From Deltaproteobacteria bacterium (GTDB lineage: Bacteria; Myxococcota_A; Polyangia; Polyangiales; Houyiibacteriaceae), in NCBI GenBank assembly GCA_034670305.1, contig JAXMNT010000027.1, positions 39,125-103,124 of the forward strand: a stretch of DNA of 64,000 bases, written 5' to 3'. Made by a program: the position numbers and the translations under genes. Shown here one piece after another: positions 49,504-60,152 of the stretch (positions are counted from its first letter, which is position 1; each line of letters begins with the position of its first letter). Below the pieces are notes generated by a model. The model saw only the letters and a list, made by a program, of their open reading frames with translations, was not told where the DNA came from and did no database searches.

Positions 49504-50868
49504 GTGCACTCAGACGACGACAATTCGCCCCGCGCTTCCTCCAGCGCGCCCCCCAGCGGCGATTCCACCGTCACGGTCCGGCAGCCGATCGACACGAGCG
49601 CCTGGTACGTGCTCGTGCTCGAGGGCACGTCTGCCCGCACGTTGCGCTTGCCGGCCGCTGGCCCGGTGGACGTGGGGCGGGACGACAGCTGCTTCGTCGT
49701 GCTCCGCAGCGACGGGGTGTCGCGTCGCCACGCCAGGCTGCACGTCTCGGAGGCCGGGGTGCAGGTCGAGGACCTCGAGAGCAAGAACGGCTCCCGCCTA
49801 GACGGGGAAGCGCTCTCGTCGCGCGTACCGATGCGCCCGGGTGCGCTCCTCGAACTCGGGGGCTCCACCCTGCTCGTGCAACGCGGTGCGCCGCCTCCGT
49901 CGCGACCCTTGGAGGCGGTCGAAACGGAGACCAGCGATGCGATGCAGAAGGTGTTGCGCGCGGTGCGTTGCGTGGCGACGGACGACATCACCGTCTTGCT
50001 TCTGGGCGAGACCGGCGTCGGCAAGGAAGTGACGGCAGAGCGCATTCACGCCGGTTCCAATCGCAAGTCCGGGCCGTTCGTCCGGGTGCACTGTGCGGCC
50101 ATCACCGAGGCGCTCTTCGAGAGCGAACTCTTCGGGCACGAGAAGGGGTCCTTCACCGGTGCGACCGGGACGCGGGTCGGGCTGCTCGAGTCGGCGCACG
50201 GCGGCACCGTGTTCATCGACGAAGTCGGCGAGCTCCCGCCGCATGTGCAAGTGAAGCTGCTGCGGGTGCTCGAGGACCGCCGGGTCCGGCGGGTCGGCGG
50301 CGGTACCGAGAAGACCGTGGACGTGCGGTTCATCGCGGCGACCAACCGAGAGCTCGAAGCCGAGGTGGCCGCCGGCCGGTTTCGACAGGATCTCTACTTC
50401 CGGCTCAGCGCGTTCACGATCTGCATCCCTGCGTTGCGCCACCGGGTCGAGGAGATCGATGGACTCGCGCGCACGCTGTTGAGTGAGATCTGCGCGGAGA
50501 AGGGGCTCGCGGAGCCGCGGATCGAACCGGCGCTGATGGACGCGCTCAAAGCGTACGGCTGGCCCGGCAACGTCCGCGAGCTCAAACACATCCTCCGGCG
50601 GGTACTCATCGTGGGCGACGGCGAGACGTTGAAGGCGTCGGATCTGCCGGGCGAGGAGATGGCCCGGCGCGCCGGGTTGATGCTCGGGGAGGCGGCGACG
50701 TCCGCGCCGGATCCGCTCGAGAGCGCCGACGAAGAGACGCGCATTCTCGCGGCGCTCGAGCAGTGCGGTGGCAACCAGACCGAAGCGGCGGCGTTGCTCG
50801 GGATCTCGCGCCGCACGTTGATCAACCGGCTCGACAAGTACGGGCTCGCCCGTCCGCGCAAGAAGTAG
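49504..50868 (+). CDS. FHA-domain sigma54-dependent activator
   Basis: VGR..VSRRHA..DLESKNG (FHA), [32 protein letters not shown]. Start GTG 49504 inferred. Confidence 0.95.
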   Translation: MHSDDDNSPRASSSAPPSGDSTVTVRQPIDTSAWYVLVLEGTSARTLRLPAAGPVDVGRDDSCFVVLRSDGVSRRHARLHVSEAGVQVEDLESKNGSRLDGEALSSRVPMRPGALLELGGSTLLVQRGAPPPSRPLEAVETETSDAMQKVLRAVRCVATDDITVLLLGETGVGKEVTAERIHAGSNRKSGPFVRVHCAAITEALFESELFGHEKGSFTGATGTRVGLLESAHGGTVFIDEVGELPPHVQVKLLRVLEDRRVRRVGGGTEKTVDVRFIAATNRELEAEVAAGRFRQDLYFRLSAFTICIPALRHRVEEIDGLARTLLSEICAEKGLAEPRIEPALMDALKAYGWPGNVRELKHILRRVLIVGDGETLKASDLPGEEMARRAGLMLGEAATSAPDPLESADEETRILAALEQCGGNQTEAAALLGISRRTLINRLDKYGLARPRKK

Positions 50869-51812
50869 TGTCGCGCTCGAAGCCGCCTCGCGCTGCCGAC
50901 GAGGGCCTCGATGAGGACCTCGGGTTGCCCGCGCCGTACGCGCTTCAGGCGCGCGCCGGCTCGGGCGGTATGGGGGTGGTCTACGACGGCCGGCTCGAGG
51001 GGCGGCGCGTGGCGGTGAAGGTGCTGCGGGCCGAACTCGCGCTCGACCCGGAAGCCGCGCGCCGCTTCGAACGCGAGGCGATGGCGGCGGCGCGCATCGA
51101 GCACCCCCACATCGCGGCGCTGCTCGACGCGGGGACCACGGCTTCGGGGCGCCCCTACCTCGCGTACGAGTGGATCGACGGGCAGACCGCGCACGATCGG
51201 GGCCCGCAATGCACGCGGGTGGCGCAGGACTTCGGCGTCGCGTTGCTCGATGTACTCGCGACCGCGCACCGCGCCGGGTTCGTGCACCGCGACGTGAAAC
51301 CGAACAACGTCATGGTGCCGATCGGCGAAGACGCGTCGTCGACGGAGCTGCATCTCATCGACTTCGGGCTCGTGGCCAACCTCGAACGCAGCGTGGACCA
51401 CGCGACGTGGACGCGGCTCACCGGCACGGGGTTCGTGGTGGGCACGCCGCCCTACATGGCGCCCGAGCAGATCGAGGGCGCGGCCCTGACCCCGCAGACC
51501 GACCTGTGGGCGGTCGGCATGTTGCTCTACTGGATGGTCACCGGTCGCGAACCGTTTCTGGCCGACACCGCGACGCTGCGCATGCTCAAGTCCCTCTCCG
51601 ATCCGCTCGAGCCGATCGCGACGCACGCGCCGCACGTGTCCGCGTCGTTCGCGACCGTGGTGTACCGTGCGCTCGAGAAGAACCCGCAGAAACGCTGGCT
51701 CGACGCGGAGGCGATGTCGTCGGCGCTCGCGGCGGCGGAGACGGATGAACATCCTGCGCCGGGAGGCGTGATGCCCAGCCAGGCGACGCGGACGTTGGTG
51801 AAGAAGCGCTGA
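50868..51812 (+). CDS. Cytoplasmic Ser/Thr protein kinase
   Basis: GSGGMGVVY, VAVK, HRDVKPNN, DFG, GTPPYMAPE; TAGTG overlap with the activator gene. Confidence 0.93.
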   Translation: MSRSKPPRAADEGLDEDLGLPAPYALQARAGSGGMGVVYDGRLEGRRVAVKVLRAELALDPEAARRFEREAMAAARIEHPHIAALLDAGTTASGRPYLAYEWIDGQTAHDRGPQCTRVAQDFGVALLDVLATAHRAGFVHRDVKPNNVMVPIGEDASSTELHLIDFGLVANLERSVDHATWTRLTGTGFVVGTPPYMAPEQIEGAALTPQTDLWAVGMLLYWMVTGREPFLADTATLRMLKSLSDPLEPIATHAPHVSASFATVVYRALEKNPQKRWLDAEAMSSALAAAETDEHPAPGGVMPSQATRTLVKKR

Positions 51813-51824
51813 TCGGGGAGACGG

Positions 51825-52088
51825 CCGTTGCCGTTGCCCTTACCTTTGCAGGCGAAGCCGACGCCGAAGCCGACGCCGATACCGACTCCGAAGCCGAAGC
51901 CGAATCCGAAGCCGACGCCGAAGCCGAAGCCGACGCCGAAGCCGATGCCGACGCCGAAGCCGACGCCGAAGCCGAACCCGAATCCGAAGCCGAAGCCGAA
52001 GCCGAATCCGACGCCGAAACCGAACCCGAAACCGAGGCCGATGCCGATGCGGATGCCGATGCCGCCGGGCATGGGCACGGGCACGGGG
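51825..52088. repeat. Hexamer microsatellite (CCGAAG/CCGACG/CCGAAT/CCGATG)n flanked by (CCGTTG/CCCTTA) and (GGGCAC) arms
   Basis: Over 30 degenerate CCGANN units at ~51852-52065, between convergent genes. Confidence 0.95.
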
Positions 52089-52107
52089 AGGCCGGCTTCT
52101 GCCGGAC

Positions 52108-53592
52108 TCAGGGGAGGGTGGCGTGGCGGGGGGGGCGGTGGCGGGAGAGGCGTCTGGTCCAGGTGGACCAGCCGGCCGCGACGAGGGCGAGGCAGGCGGG
52201 TTCGATGAGGAAGCGGAAGCGGTTGTTCTCTCCGACTTCGACGAGCGTCGAGACCGTCAATACGTAGAGCAGTGTGCCGAGCACGAGCGCGACGGTGCCG
52301 CGCAGCGCGGCGTTGGCGCGTCGCCGGGTGAAGACGAGGCGGGTGCCCCAGAGCGACACGAGGATCACCGCGAGCAGCCAGCCCCACGCGACGTCGGTCG
52401 ACGACTTGTGCGCCCAGCGCGCGCGCATCTCGTCGGTGCCGAGCGCGGAGGGCACGCCCCAGAGCGCGTCGTACGCGCGGTCGATGGGTTCGAGCTTGAG
52501 CCGGTTGGCTTCGAGGAAGGAGTTGCGCGCGGTGCTCTTCCAGAAGATCTGCGCCGAGGTCCGCAAGTTGTTCAAGTAGGTGTGCGGGTAGACGTCGAGC
52601 AGGGTGCGCGCGTCCGACATGTACGCGTCCGCGATCGGGATGTAGGCCGCGTGGTGGTAGTTCGGGTGGCCGGTCGACCGCATCGACTCACGGACCGAGC
52701 GGTGGTCGGGGGTGCCCTCGGGAACCTCGCGCCAAGGGGCCGGGTAGTATCGAAGTTCGGCGAAGGGCGGGATCGACGAGAGCGCCGAGAGCCGGCCTTC
52801 GGCGCGGAGCCGGCGTTTGAGCGCGGTGGGCGCTTCGATCACCGCGAGTTTGGCGAAGCTCATGCCGAGCCATGTACTCGACACCGGGTGGTCGTAGAGC
52901 GCGAGGTTCTTGGCGTAGACCGAAGTGGCCAGCAGGAACGGCACCAGCGCGCACACGATCGCGCGGCGCCGCAGCCGTGAGAACGCCACCACCGTCAACA
53001 CGATCGCGAGCATCCATACGAGGTGGAACAGACTCCGGCCGAGCAACACCCCCGCAGCGCAGAGAAAACAGTAGATGTAGTCGCGCCGGCGCGCGGTCGA
53101 GAGCGCGCGGTGTCCGAACACGAACACGCCCAGGAGCAACGTGGCGATGGGCGCCGAATAGAACACCCAGTGTTCGTAGAGCACCGAAGCGGGACTGAAC
53201 GCCCAGAGCACGGCGACGATCACGCCGGCGGCGCGGCTGGCGCCGAGTCGGCAGGCGAGTCCGAACACCCCGACGTGCATTGCCGCCCCAACGCACCAGA
53301 CGCTGAGTTGGAACACGCGCGAGGGATCGACCCCGAGTCCATCGGCGAGCTTCAGGTGCATGCCGAGCCAGAGGTTGAACAGCGGCGGCTGCGCGTGGTC
53401 GTAGAACACGGAGCGCCAGAGATCGTGACGCAAGAGATCGAGGTCGAGGTACTGCCAGAAGTACGGCAGGGTCGTCAGGTCGGGCGCCACGCCGAGACCG
53501 GCGTAGAACACGCGCGAGAGCCCGTAGCCGATCAACACGACCAGCGTCGCGTTGCCGACCGGGAGGCCGGGTGTGCGAGAACTGCGACTCAC
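52108..53592 (-). CDS. Polytopic membrane protein, GT-C glycosyltransferase-like
   Basis: Multiple TM helices; [24 protein letters not shown]. Confidence 0.7.
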   Translation of the reverse strand: MSRSSRTPGLPVGNATLVVLIGYGLSRVFYAGLGVAPDLTTLPYFWQYLDLDLLRHDLWRSVFYDHAQPPLFNLWLGMHLKLADGLGVDPSRVFQLSVWCVGAAMHVGVFGLACRLGASRAAGVIVAVLWAFSPASVLYEHWVFYSAPIATLLLGVFVFGHRALSTARRRDYIYCFLCAAGVLLGRSLFHLVWMLAIVLTVVAFSRLRRRAIVCALVPFLLATSVYAKNLALYDHPVSSTWLGMSFAKLAVIEAPTALKRRLRAEGRLSALSSIPPFAELRYYPAPWREVPEGTPDHRSVRESMRSTGHPNYHHAAYIPIADAYMSDARTLLDVYPHTYLNNLRTSAQIFWKSTARNSFLEANRLKLEPIDRAYDALWGVPSALGTDEMRARWAHKSSTDVAWGWLLAVILVSLWGTRLVFTRRRANAALRGTVALVLGTLLYVLTVSTLVEVGENNRFRFLIEPACLALVAAGWSTWTRRLSRHRPPRHATLP

Positions 53593-53605
53593 CTGGACTC
53601 GCCGT

Positions 53606-54379
53606 TCACCCTGGACTTGTGGGGGGGGTGCTGGCGTGGAGCGGCTTGCGCGCGTGGGCGACCACGCCGAGACCCACCGGCACGCGCAGATGATCTTCGA
53701 GCCGAACCAACGGAACGAGCCGCTCGAAGGTGCGGACCTGTCGTTCGTCGGTGGTCTGCTTCCGCAACAGTTTGCCGTTGACCCACCAGCCGAAGAGCCC
53801 GAGCAGGTTCATGTACTCGAGCCGCTCCACGTCCAGGTCCGCGCCCTTCAAGAGGCGCTCGAACGAGCGGGTCGAGTAGCGGCGGTGGTGCCCGAGGTTC
53901 TGGTCCATCGCGTTGAACGCCCAGTTGCAGGCGGGCACGTAGGTGAGCATCCAGCCGCCCGGGCGCAGGAGCTTGGCGAGCGCGCGCACCGCGCCGAGGT
54001 CGTCGTGCACGTGTTCGATGACGTTCATCGAGATCACGACGTCGTACTGCCGCTCGGCGACTGCGGCCGGCGGCGGGGACTCCAGATCGAAGCGGGCCAC
54101 CGACACGTGATCCACCTCTGAGAACTCCTGCCGCAGCGCGTCCAGGTACTCGTCCTCCACGTCGGTGGCCATCAATGTTCGGGCGTCTCGCGCCAGGAGG
54201 CGCGAGATGTTCCCGATGCCGCTCCCGAGCTCCAGCACGTCTCCCGAGACGCGGTCGCGGAACTTCGAGTAGTACCAGTCGTTGAGCTGCGGCGTGCCGG
54301 CGAACATCTCCAGCACGCGGCTGCCCGTCGCGTGGGCGCCGGTGCGGATCTTCGCGGCTTGGTCTTGCTCTTCGTTCAC
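53606..54379 (-). CDS. Class I SAM-dependent methyltransferase
   Basis: VLELGSGIG, YDVVISMNVIEHV, LLRPGG, DQNLGHHRRY. Confidence 0.92.
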   Translation of the reverse strand: MNEEQDQAAKIRTGAHATGSRVLEMFAGTPQLNDWYYSKFRDRVSGDVLELGSGIGNISRLLARDARTLMATDVEDEYLDALRQEFSEVDHVSVARFDLESPPPAAVAERQYDVVISMNVIEHVHDDLGAVRALAKLLRPGGWMLTYVPACNWAFNAMDQNLGHHRRYSTRSFERLLKGADLDVERLEYMNLLGLFGWWVNGKLLRKQTTDERQVRTFERLVPLVRLEDHLRVPVGLGVVAHARKPLHASTPPTSPG

Positions 54380-54431
54380 CTCGGCGGTCCTTCGTGGTCG
54401 ATGACCCAGCGCCTTAGCGCGGATCGTGGCG

Positions 54432-57380
54432 TCAATCGAGGAAACCGCCATCGACAGCGACGACCGCGGCGCGGCCCTCGAGCTCCAGCTCGATCGACAC
54501 GAGCGCGCCCTCCAGAGAACCACTCGAGAACGACCGCGCGTGCACCCGCCCGTCGGGTTCGTTTGGAAGCGGGATGCGCGCGAGCTCCTCACCATCCAGC
54601 CGGACGATCAGCACCGCGGGCTCGACGGCGTTCGTCCGCGCAGCCGGGGTCGCCGGCCGGGTCGGGGTCGCGGGCCGGCCCTCGTCGTTCTCCCCGCCGT
54701 CCTCCACGTCCTCGTCCGGCCCGTTCCGTTGCGGCAGTCGTCCCGTCCGTCGCGGTCGCGGAGGGGCGTCGTCGGGCACCGCCCATCGGATCCGAAACCG
54801 CTCGCTCGCGCGAAGCCCATCCCACCGCACGCGGCGGTTCTGTCGTCCGGTGTTCGGGATGCGCATCAAGGTCCGTTCTTCGCCCCCGACGAGTACCCCA
54901 TCGGTGACCTGGAGACCGACCATGTTCTCGGTGCCGTGATCGCGGGTGGTGCATTCCCAGTTCATGTGCTGCCAGTTCAGGAAGTCGCAGGGCGCCTCCC
55001 CGAGGAACACCTTGGCTTCGCGCAGACCCCGGTAGCTCGCGAACGCGACGGGCGATCCCGCGGCTTCCACGCGGGTCACCGCGCCGACCACGAAGAGCCC
55101 GAAGAACAACGCGCTGACGATGCGCACCCGCCGCCCGACCGAGAGTTCGGTCCACCGTTCGACCCACGCGCCCCCCCGGCGGACGAACTCAGGCCAGCCG
55201 AGACTCAAGAGCGCGAGTACGAAGAGTGGAAGCGGCGAGGTCGCACGGACCGAGGGCCAGAGCACCGCGAGCACACAGATCGCGCCAAACGCCACCAGCT
55301 TGCTGCGGCGTGCGCCGAGTGCGCCGATGGCAAAGAGGCCAAGCCACGCGAGGCCGGCGCCTTCGGTGAGCAGATCCCAGGTCTGCGAAAGCGGTGGGCC
55401 GGCGATCGCGACGCCTTGCACGCCGCCTGCGATCAGCACTGCATCGTGCGCGGTTGCGAGCGGCGATCCCCAGAGCCACGTCGCGACGCCCATCGCCGAG
55501 AGCGCGACCACCGCGATGCCGGCCGCCGCATCCGTGAGCTGTTTGCCACGCGGCGCGAGCGCGAGCACCGCGAGCGCGATCGGGATGGGCGCGAGTGCGG
55601 TCCACGCGGCGAGCGCCCCGACCACGCCGGCGGAGAGCCAGTGTCCGTAGGCTGCGAGCGCCAGAGCGCCGACCACGAACGTGGCGGTGAAGAGTTCGGG
55701 GCCGCCAAGCGCGATCCGCTCCCGCACCCCGGGCAAGAGCAGCAGCGCGAGCGGGGCCGCGAGGGAGATGGGACCGGGGCTGACCCGTTCGGCCAGGCGT
55801 GCGCAGCCGAACGCCAGCAGACCGGCGAGCAACATGTGGAGCAGGACGAACCCGGGCCGGCCGGCCCACGCGAAGGGGGCCGAGAGCACGCTGACGATGG
55901 GAGACACCCGCGCGACCCAGGTGCCGCGCTGGGTCAGGCTCACCATCGAGCTCTGCCCGCCCATCAAGGGCGTCATCGCGTCTTCCCCGAACGCCTCGCG
56001 CAGGTCGAAGGTGCCTTGGGACACCGCCGTGGCGCCGAGGCTGCTCGGGCTCTGGGGCAGGCGCGCCTCCAGGTCGCCGCCCACGGCGAACCACGCCCCC
56101 ACGAGCACCATGGCGCCGAGCGCGGCTGCGATGCCTGGCCGCAACACAGGCCGTCGCCGCACCGCCGCGCGCAGGTTGCGCCCGAGCACGTCGAGGCCGA
56201 CCGCGAGCCCCGGCGTCAAGAGCGCGAAGGCAGGCCAGAGAAACCGATCGTGGTACCACTGGTACCGCGCGAACACCGCGACCGCGAGGCCGACCGCGAG
56301 CACGGTGGCGAGCACATAGCGCCAGTGTTTGCGGGTCATCCAGAGGAGCCCGGGCAGCGCGAGGAGCATGACGGTGAGCCGGCTGCGCACACCGAGCGGT
56401 CCCTTCCACAGCACCTCGAAGCCCTGGTCGAACGGGATGTTGAACGCACTGCCCACGTCGAGGACCTGTGGCTGACCGGCCACCACGACGAGCACGCGGT
56501 TGTAGCCAGCCCACCAAGGTTTGCCGAAGAGCCACCAGTTCGAGATCGCCAGCAAGCACAGCACGAGGGTGCCGCTCAGCAGACTCCGCCAGAGCGCCGG
56601 CCAGCGCTCTTTCGTCGACGCGATCAAGACGAGCGAGGGCAGCCACATCAGGGTGGTGGGTTTCAGGACGACGGCCCCGCCGATCAGAAACCCAGCGAAC
56701 CACCCTCGCCGTGCATGGAGCGCCGCGACCCCCGACGCGAAGAAGCACAGCAAGAGCACATCGACGTGGTAGTCGTACGCGTAGTCTCGAATGCTGGTCG
56801 CGAACACGAAGGTGAGCGCCGCGATCGCCGCCGCAGAGGAAGACGCGTACCGCCGCGTGAACAAGAACACCGCGGTGGCCCCGAGTGCGAAGGCCAAGAT
56901 GTTGAAGAGCAGCGTGCCGTGCATGCCGAACGCCCAGAAGAACGGGGTCGACACGATCGGCATGAGCGCCGGATGTTTCGGCAGGCGGCGATCGTTGCGC
57001 CCGACCGCGACGTTGCTCCAACCCGCGTCGAGGTGCCGGTTCCACCCTTGTTCCCCGTCGTACCAGCTGGCGCAGAACTCATCTTGTTCGAGGCTGAGCG
57101 ACTCGGTCAGCGTCACGTTGGTGTTCGTGTAGAACCGGCCGTCCCGGTTGATCCAGGTGTTCGGCACGTAGCGCGCGAACACCTCGAGCAGGGTCAAGAG
57201 CAGGGTCAGCACCAAGAAGGTCGTGGCGGTTTGGCTGCCGCTCGTGCGCGGGTTGGCGGCCGCTTCGACCGAGCCGGTCGAGCGTCGGCCCGCGGTCCGG
57301 AACCAGGGCCAGCGAGGAAGTCTCCACCGCCGGGTACCGGGCGCCTTCTGCGGGGGGGTCTGTTCGAGTTCCGGACTCAC
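54432..57380 (-). CDS. Large GT-C (PMT/ArnT-like) membrane glycosyltransferase with duplicated membrane module
   Basis: INRDGRFY, PKHPALMPIVSTPF, VLKPT, RFLWP; many TM helices; C-terminal soluble beta domain. Confidence 0.7.
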   Translation of the reverse strand: MSPELEQTPPQKAPGTRRWRLPRWPWFRTAGRRSTGSVEAAANPRTSGSQTATTFLVLTLLLTLLEVFARYVPNTWINRDGRFYTNTNVTLTESLSLEQDEFCASWYDGEQGWNRHLDAGWSNVAVGRNDRRLPKHPALMPIVSTPFFWAFGMHGTLLFNILAFALGATAVFLFTRRYASSSAAAIAALTFVFATSIRDYAYDYHVDVLLLCFFASGVAALHARRGWFAGFLIGGAVVLKPTTLMWLPSLVLIASTKERWPALWRSLLSGTLVLCLLAISNWWLFGKPWWAGYNRVLVVVAGQPQVLDVGSAFNIPFDQGFEVLWKGPLGVRSRLTVMLLALPGLLWMTRKHWRYVLATVLAVGLAVAVFARYQWYHDRFLWPAFALLTPGLAVGLDVLGRNLRAAVRRRPVLRPGIAAALGAMVLVGAWFAVGGDLEARLPQSPSSLGATAVSQGTFDLREAFGEDAMTPLMGGQSSMVSLTQRGTWVARVSPIVSVLSAPFAWAGRPGFVLLHMLLAGLLAFGCARLAERVSPGPISLAAPLALLLLPGVRERIALGGPELFTATFVVGALALAAYGHWLSAGVVGALAAWTALAPIPIALAVLALAPRGKQLTDAAAGIAVVALSAMGVATWLWGSPLATAHDAVLIAGGVQGVAIAGPPLSQTWDLLTEGAGLAWLGLFAIGALGARRSKLVAFGAICVLAVLWPSVRATSPLPLFVLALLSLGWPEFVRRGGAWVERWTELSVGRRVRIVSALFFGLFVVGAVTRVEAAGSPVAFASYRGLREAKVFLGEAPCDFLNWQHMNWECTTRDHGTENMVGLQVTDGVLVGGEERTLMRIPNTGRQNRRVRWDGLRASERFRIRWAVPDDAPPRPRRTGRLPQRNGPDEDVEDGGENDEGRPATPTRPATPAARTNAVEPAVLIVRLDGEELARIPLPNEPDGRVHARSFSSGSLEGALVSIELELEGRAAVVAVDGGFLD

Positions 57381-57456
57381 GGGGCCCCGAAGCTAGCAGC
57401 AAGGCGCCAAAGTCCCAGGGTGTGATCCACGGGCTGTGCGCGATCGGGCCCGGGGC

Positions 57457-59598
57457 CTACGTTCGCTTGGCCGGCTTGCCGGCTTTCGCAGGTTTGGCGG
57501 TGACGACCATGTTCCGGCCGCCGCGCTTGGCGACGTACAACGCCTGGTCGCTCGCCTCGAAGAGGCCGCCCGAAGAGTCGGCGTGGATCGGGTAGGTCGC
57601 GACGCCGATGGAGCACTGTACGGTCAGTGGGCCGTTGTCGGTCTTGAACACGGACGCCCCGAGTTCCTCGCGGATGCGTTCGGCCAAGAGCTCGGCGCCC
57701 TCGGTCTCGGTCTCCTCGCACAGGACGCAGAACTCCTCACCGCCGAAGCGGGCGACGATGTCGGTCTCGCGTTTGGCGCGGCGCAGGATGGCCCCGAGCT
57801 CCTTGATGACGACGTCGCCGGTCGCGTGGCCGTAGGTGTCGTTGACCGCCTTGAAGTGGTCGATGTCCGTGACCAGGAGCGAGAGCGGGCGTCCGAAACG
57901 TTCGGCCGAGCGGAGCTTTCGTTCGAGCTCTTCGAGGAACGCGCGTTTGTTGAGGCAGCCGGTCAGACCGTCGGTGGTCGCCATCTGCTCGAGCCGCTCC
58001 ACGGCGTGCGCGTTCGACATGGAGACCGCGAGCTGGTTCGCGAGCACCTGCAGGGTGGGCCGCACGCCGTCGCCGAACGCGCCCTTGCGCCGGGCGGCGA
58101 GGACCAGCGTGCCGATCGCGTCTTCACGCACGACGAGCGGGAGGATCAAGAGCGAGCGCATGCCGAGCAACTTCGCGCGTTTGGTGAACACGGTCTGCTG
58201 CCGCGGATCGAAGAGCCCGCGGTAGGGGAGGTAGTGGCGGTTCTTGACCGCCATCGAGGTGAGCGAGTTGTTGTCGCGGAACGTCAGACCCTCGATGTGC
58301 TCGGCCCCGTCGCCGACCACGCGCCGCACCCGGTGGCGCCGGTCGTCCACGTCGTAGAGCGTGAGCGCGCCGAAATCGAACGCGGCGATCTGTCCGGCGG
58401 CTTCGAGGCCGGCGGTGATCACCGCTTCTTCGCTGAGGGCTTCGCCGAGGCGCTGGGACGCGCGGTGCAGCACGGTCTGCTCTCGTTTGGTGCGCTCGAG
58501 CTGCATGAAGACGCGTTCGTTCTCGAGCGCGCGCAACACCTGGGCGAGCGAGCCTTCGAGGGCCGACTGTTCCTTCTCGGTGAACGGCCGGTCGTCGATC
58601 CGGTCGACGCAGAGCACGCCGCGCACTTGGCCTTGCTCCAGAATCGGAACGCCGAGGAATGCACGCACGGTCGAAGGTCCGTCGTAGTAGCAGAGGCCGC
58701 CGTAGCCATCTTTGAGGTTCTCGAGGCGCATCGGGACTTGCCGTTTCACGACGGCGCCAACCGCGCCTTCTCCCGATCCGAAGGGGCCCGCCGCGATGGC
58801 GTCGCTCTCCGTGACGAGCTCGACGATGCGCAGCGCGCCGCCACCTGCGGACTCGTCCCGCATCAGGAGCACACACGTGTGCAGGTCGAGCGTGCGGTGC
58901 AGAAGCTGCAGGATGTGGAAGAGCTGGTGCTGCACTTCTTCGATGCTCGACCGCACCAGTCGGTCTTCGTCGCTCACCCCATCCGCGGAGGGCGCCGAGA
59001 CCAGGCGGAACATCCGCGCTTGGTCGCTGAGCTTCTCGCGGTCTTCGTCGAGTTCGCGCTGCGAACGTTTGCGCACCCGGGCGATCTCCACGCGGGTGAA
59101 CAGGAGGCTCATGCCGCCGAACGCACAGGTGAAGAGCGCGTGGGTGGCGAGTGCGGACCAGTCGCGCCGGCCTTCGGCGAGCAGGTGGACGGCGACTTCC
59201 AGCAGAATCGCCATCGGCACGAGCGCGTGGCCCATCGGGCGCCGCGCGAAGCTCGCGAGGATCGCGACGACGACGTAGAGCAACGGGTGCAGTGGACCGT
59301 CGAGGCCGCCGACCACCTGCACGACGGCGTGAGACGCGACGAGCAGCAGGACGCCCAGTTCGAGGTCGATCCACGGAGTCCGGTCCGTGCCTTCGGTGCG
59401 GCGGCGGGCCGCGATGCGGAAGCCGAACACCGCAAGCCATCCCAGGCCCACCGCGCCGTGCTCGAGCCGCAGCGAACCGACTGGCCCGTGGAACACCCCG
59501 AGCAGCACGAGCGTGGCCATGATCGCAGCGACGGCGAACGCGTACGAGCCGCGCACGGTGCGTCGCAAGGTGAGCGCCGCATGGACCAGAGTCGCCAT
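57457..59598 (-). CDS. Membrane sensor diguanylate cyclase (TM-GAF-GAF-GGDEF)
   Basis: TDGLTG, DIDHFKAVNDTYGH, RETD I-site, RFGGEEF, DQALYVAKRGGRN. Confidence 0.96.
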   Translation of the reverse strand: MATLVHAALTLRRTVRGSYAFAVAAIMATLVLLGVFHGPVGSLRLEHGAVGLGWLAVFGFRIAARRRTEGTDRTPWIDLELGVLLLVASHAVVQVVGGLDGPLHPLLYVVVAILASFARRPMGHALVPMAILLEVAVHLLAEGRRDWSALATHALFTCAFGGMSLLFTRVEIARVRKRSQRELDEDREKLSDQARMFRLVSAPSADGVSDEDRLVRSSIEEVQHQLFHILQLLHRTLDLHTCVLLMRDESAGGGALRIVELVTESDAIAAGPFGSGEGAVGAVVKRQVPMRLENLKDGYGGLCYYDGPSTVRAFLGVPILEQGQVRGVLCVDRIDDRPFTEKEQSALEGSLAQVLRALENERVFMQLERTKREQTVLHRASQRLGEALSEEAVITAGLEAAGQIAAFDFGALTLYDVDDRRHRVRRVVGDGAEHIEGLTFRDNNSLTSMAVKNRHYLPYRGLFDPRQQTVFTKRAKLLGMRSLLILPLVVREDAIGTLVLAARRKGAFGDGVRPTLQVLANQLAVSMSNAHAVERLEQMATTDGLTGCLNKRAFLEELERKLRSAERFGRPLSLLVTDIDHFKAVNDTYGHATGDVVIKELGAILRRAKRETDIVARFGGEEFCVLCEETETEGAELLAERIREELGASVFKTDNGPLTVQCSIGVATYPIHADSSGGLFEASDQALYVAKRGGRNMVVTAKPAKAGKPAKRT

Positions 59599-59662
59599 CC
59601 CACTCTGGTACGGAATCCGGAGCCGAGTGCGCAACAAACTGGCAGCGCTTTCTTTCCTGACA

Positions 59663-59705
59663 CTACGGGCCTGGCCCGCTTTGCGGGACTGGCGGCCCTA
59701 ATTCG
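59663..59705 (+). repeat. REP-like module A copy (variant)
   Basis: CTACGGGCCTGGCCCGCTTTGCGGGACTGGCGGCCCTAATTCG. Confidence 0.9.
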
Positions 59706-59765
59706 CGCCCGTCGCCCGGCGGAACGTTGTCCGGTTTTTGGGCGTTCGGGGTGCGGTTGGGCAAC

Positions 59766-60071
59766 ATGGGGCGTCCTGTGCGCCCCTTCGCTCACACCGC
59801 CGCATGGCTCGTTCCGTTCGCACTGCTCGTGCTGGCGATCGTTGCCGTGCCGCTGCGCATCCTCGACGACCAAGGTCTTCCCCGCTACCGGGTCCTCGAC
59901 ACCGAGCTGCGCGAGCTGACCGCCGAGAACGAACGACTCGACCGCGAGGTGCGGGCGTTGCAGCGGGAAGTGGATCAACTCGGCAACGATCCGGCCGCGA
60001 TCGAGCGGGTGGCCCGAGACGAGCTCGGCATGATCCGCTCCGACGAGATCGTCTTCCAGTTCCCAGAGTAG
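59766..60071 (+). CDS. ftsB: Septum formation initiator FtsB/DivIC family
   Basis: TM helix, DDQG, coiled coil, IERVARDELGMIRSDEIVF. Confidence 0.85.
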   Translation: MGRPVRPFAHTAAWLVPFALLVLAIVAVPLRILDDQGLPRYRVLDTELRELTAENERLDREVRALQREVDQLGNDPAAIERVARDELGMIRSDEIVFQFPE

Positions 60072-60127
60072 GGGGAGAGTCGTGGGGCCAGGCGTCGCAA
60101 AGCCCTGCGGCTTGTCCTCCGGCGGGC

Positions 60128-60136
60128 TGCTATAGT
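60128..60136 (+). promoter_or_regulatory. Extended -10 promoter element upstream of hrcA
   Basis: TGCTATAGT (TGn-TATAGT). Confidence 0.5.
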
Positions 60137-60152
60137 GTTCGCTGGTGATGCA

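Noticed and set aside
51828-52208. PKPT-repeat protein, or the GFGF-repeat ORF on the opposite strand
   Set aside because: A translation of the hexamer microsatellite, overlapping a convergent gene; no independent coding evidence.
57395-57410. sigma54 promoter TTGGCGCCTTGCTGCT on the minus strand
   Set aside because: Spacing does not fit GG-N10-GC.
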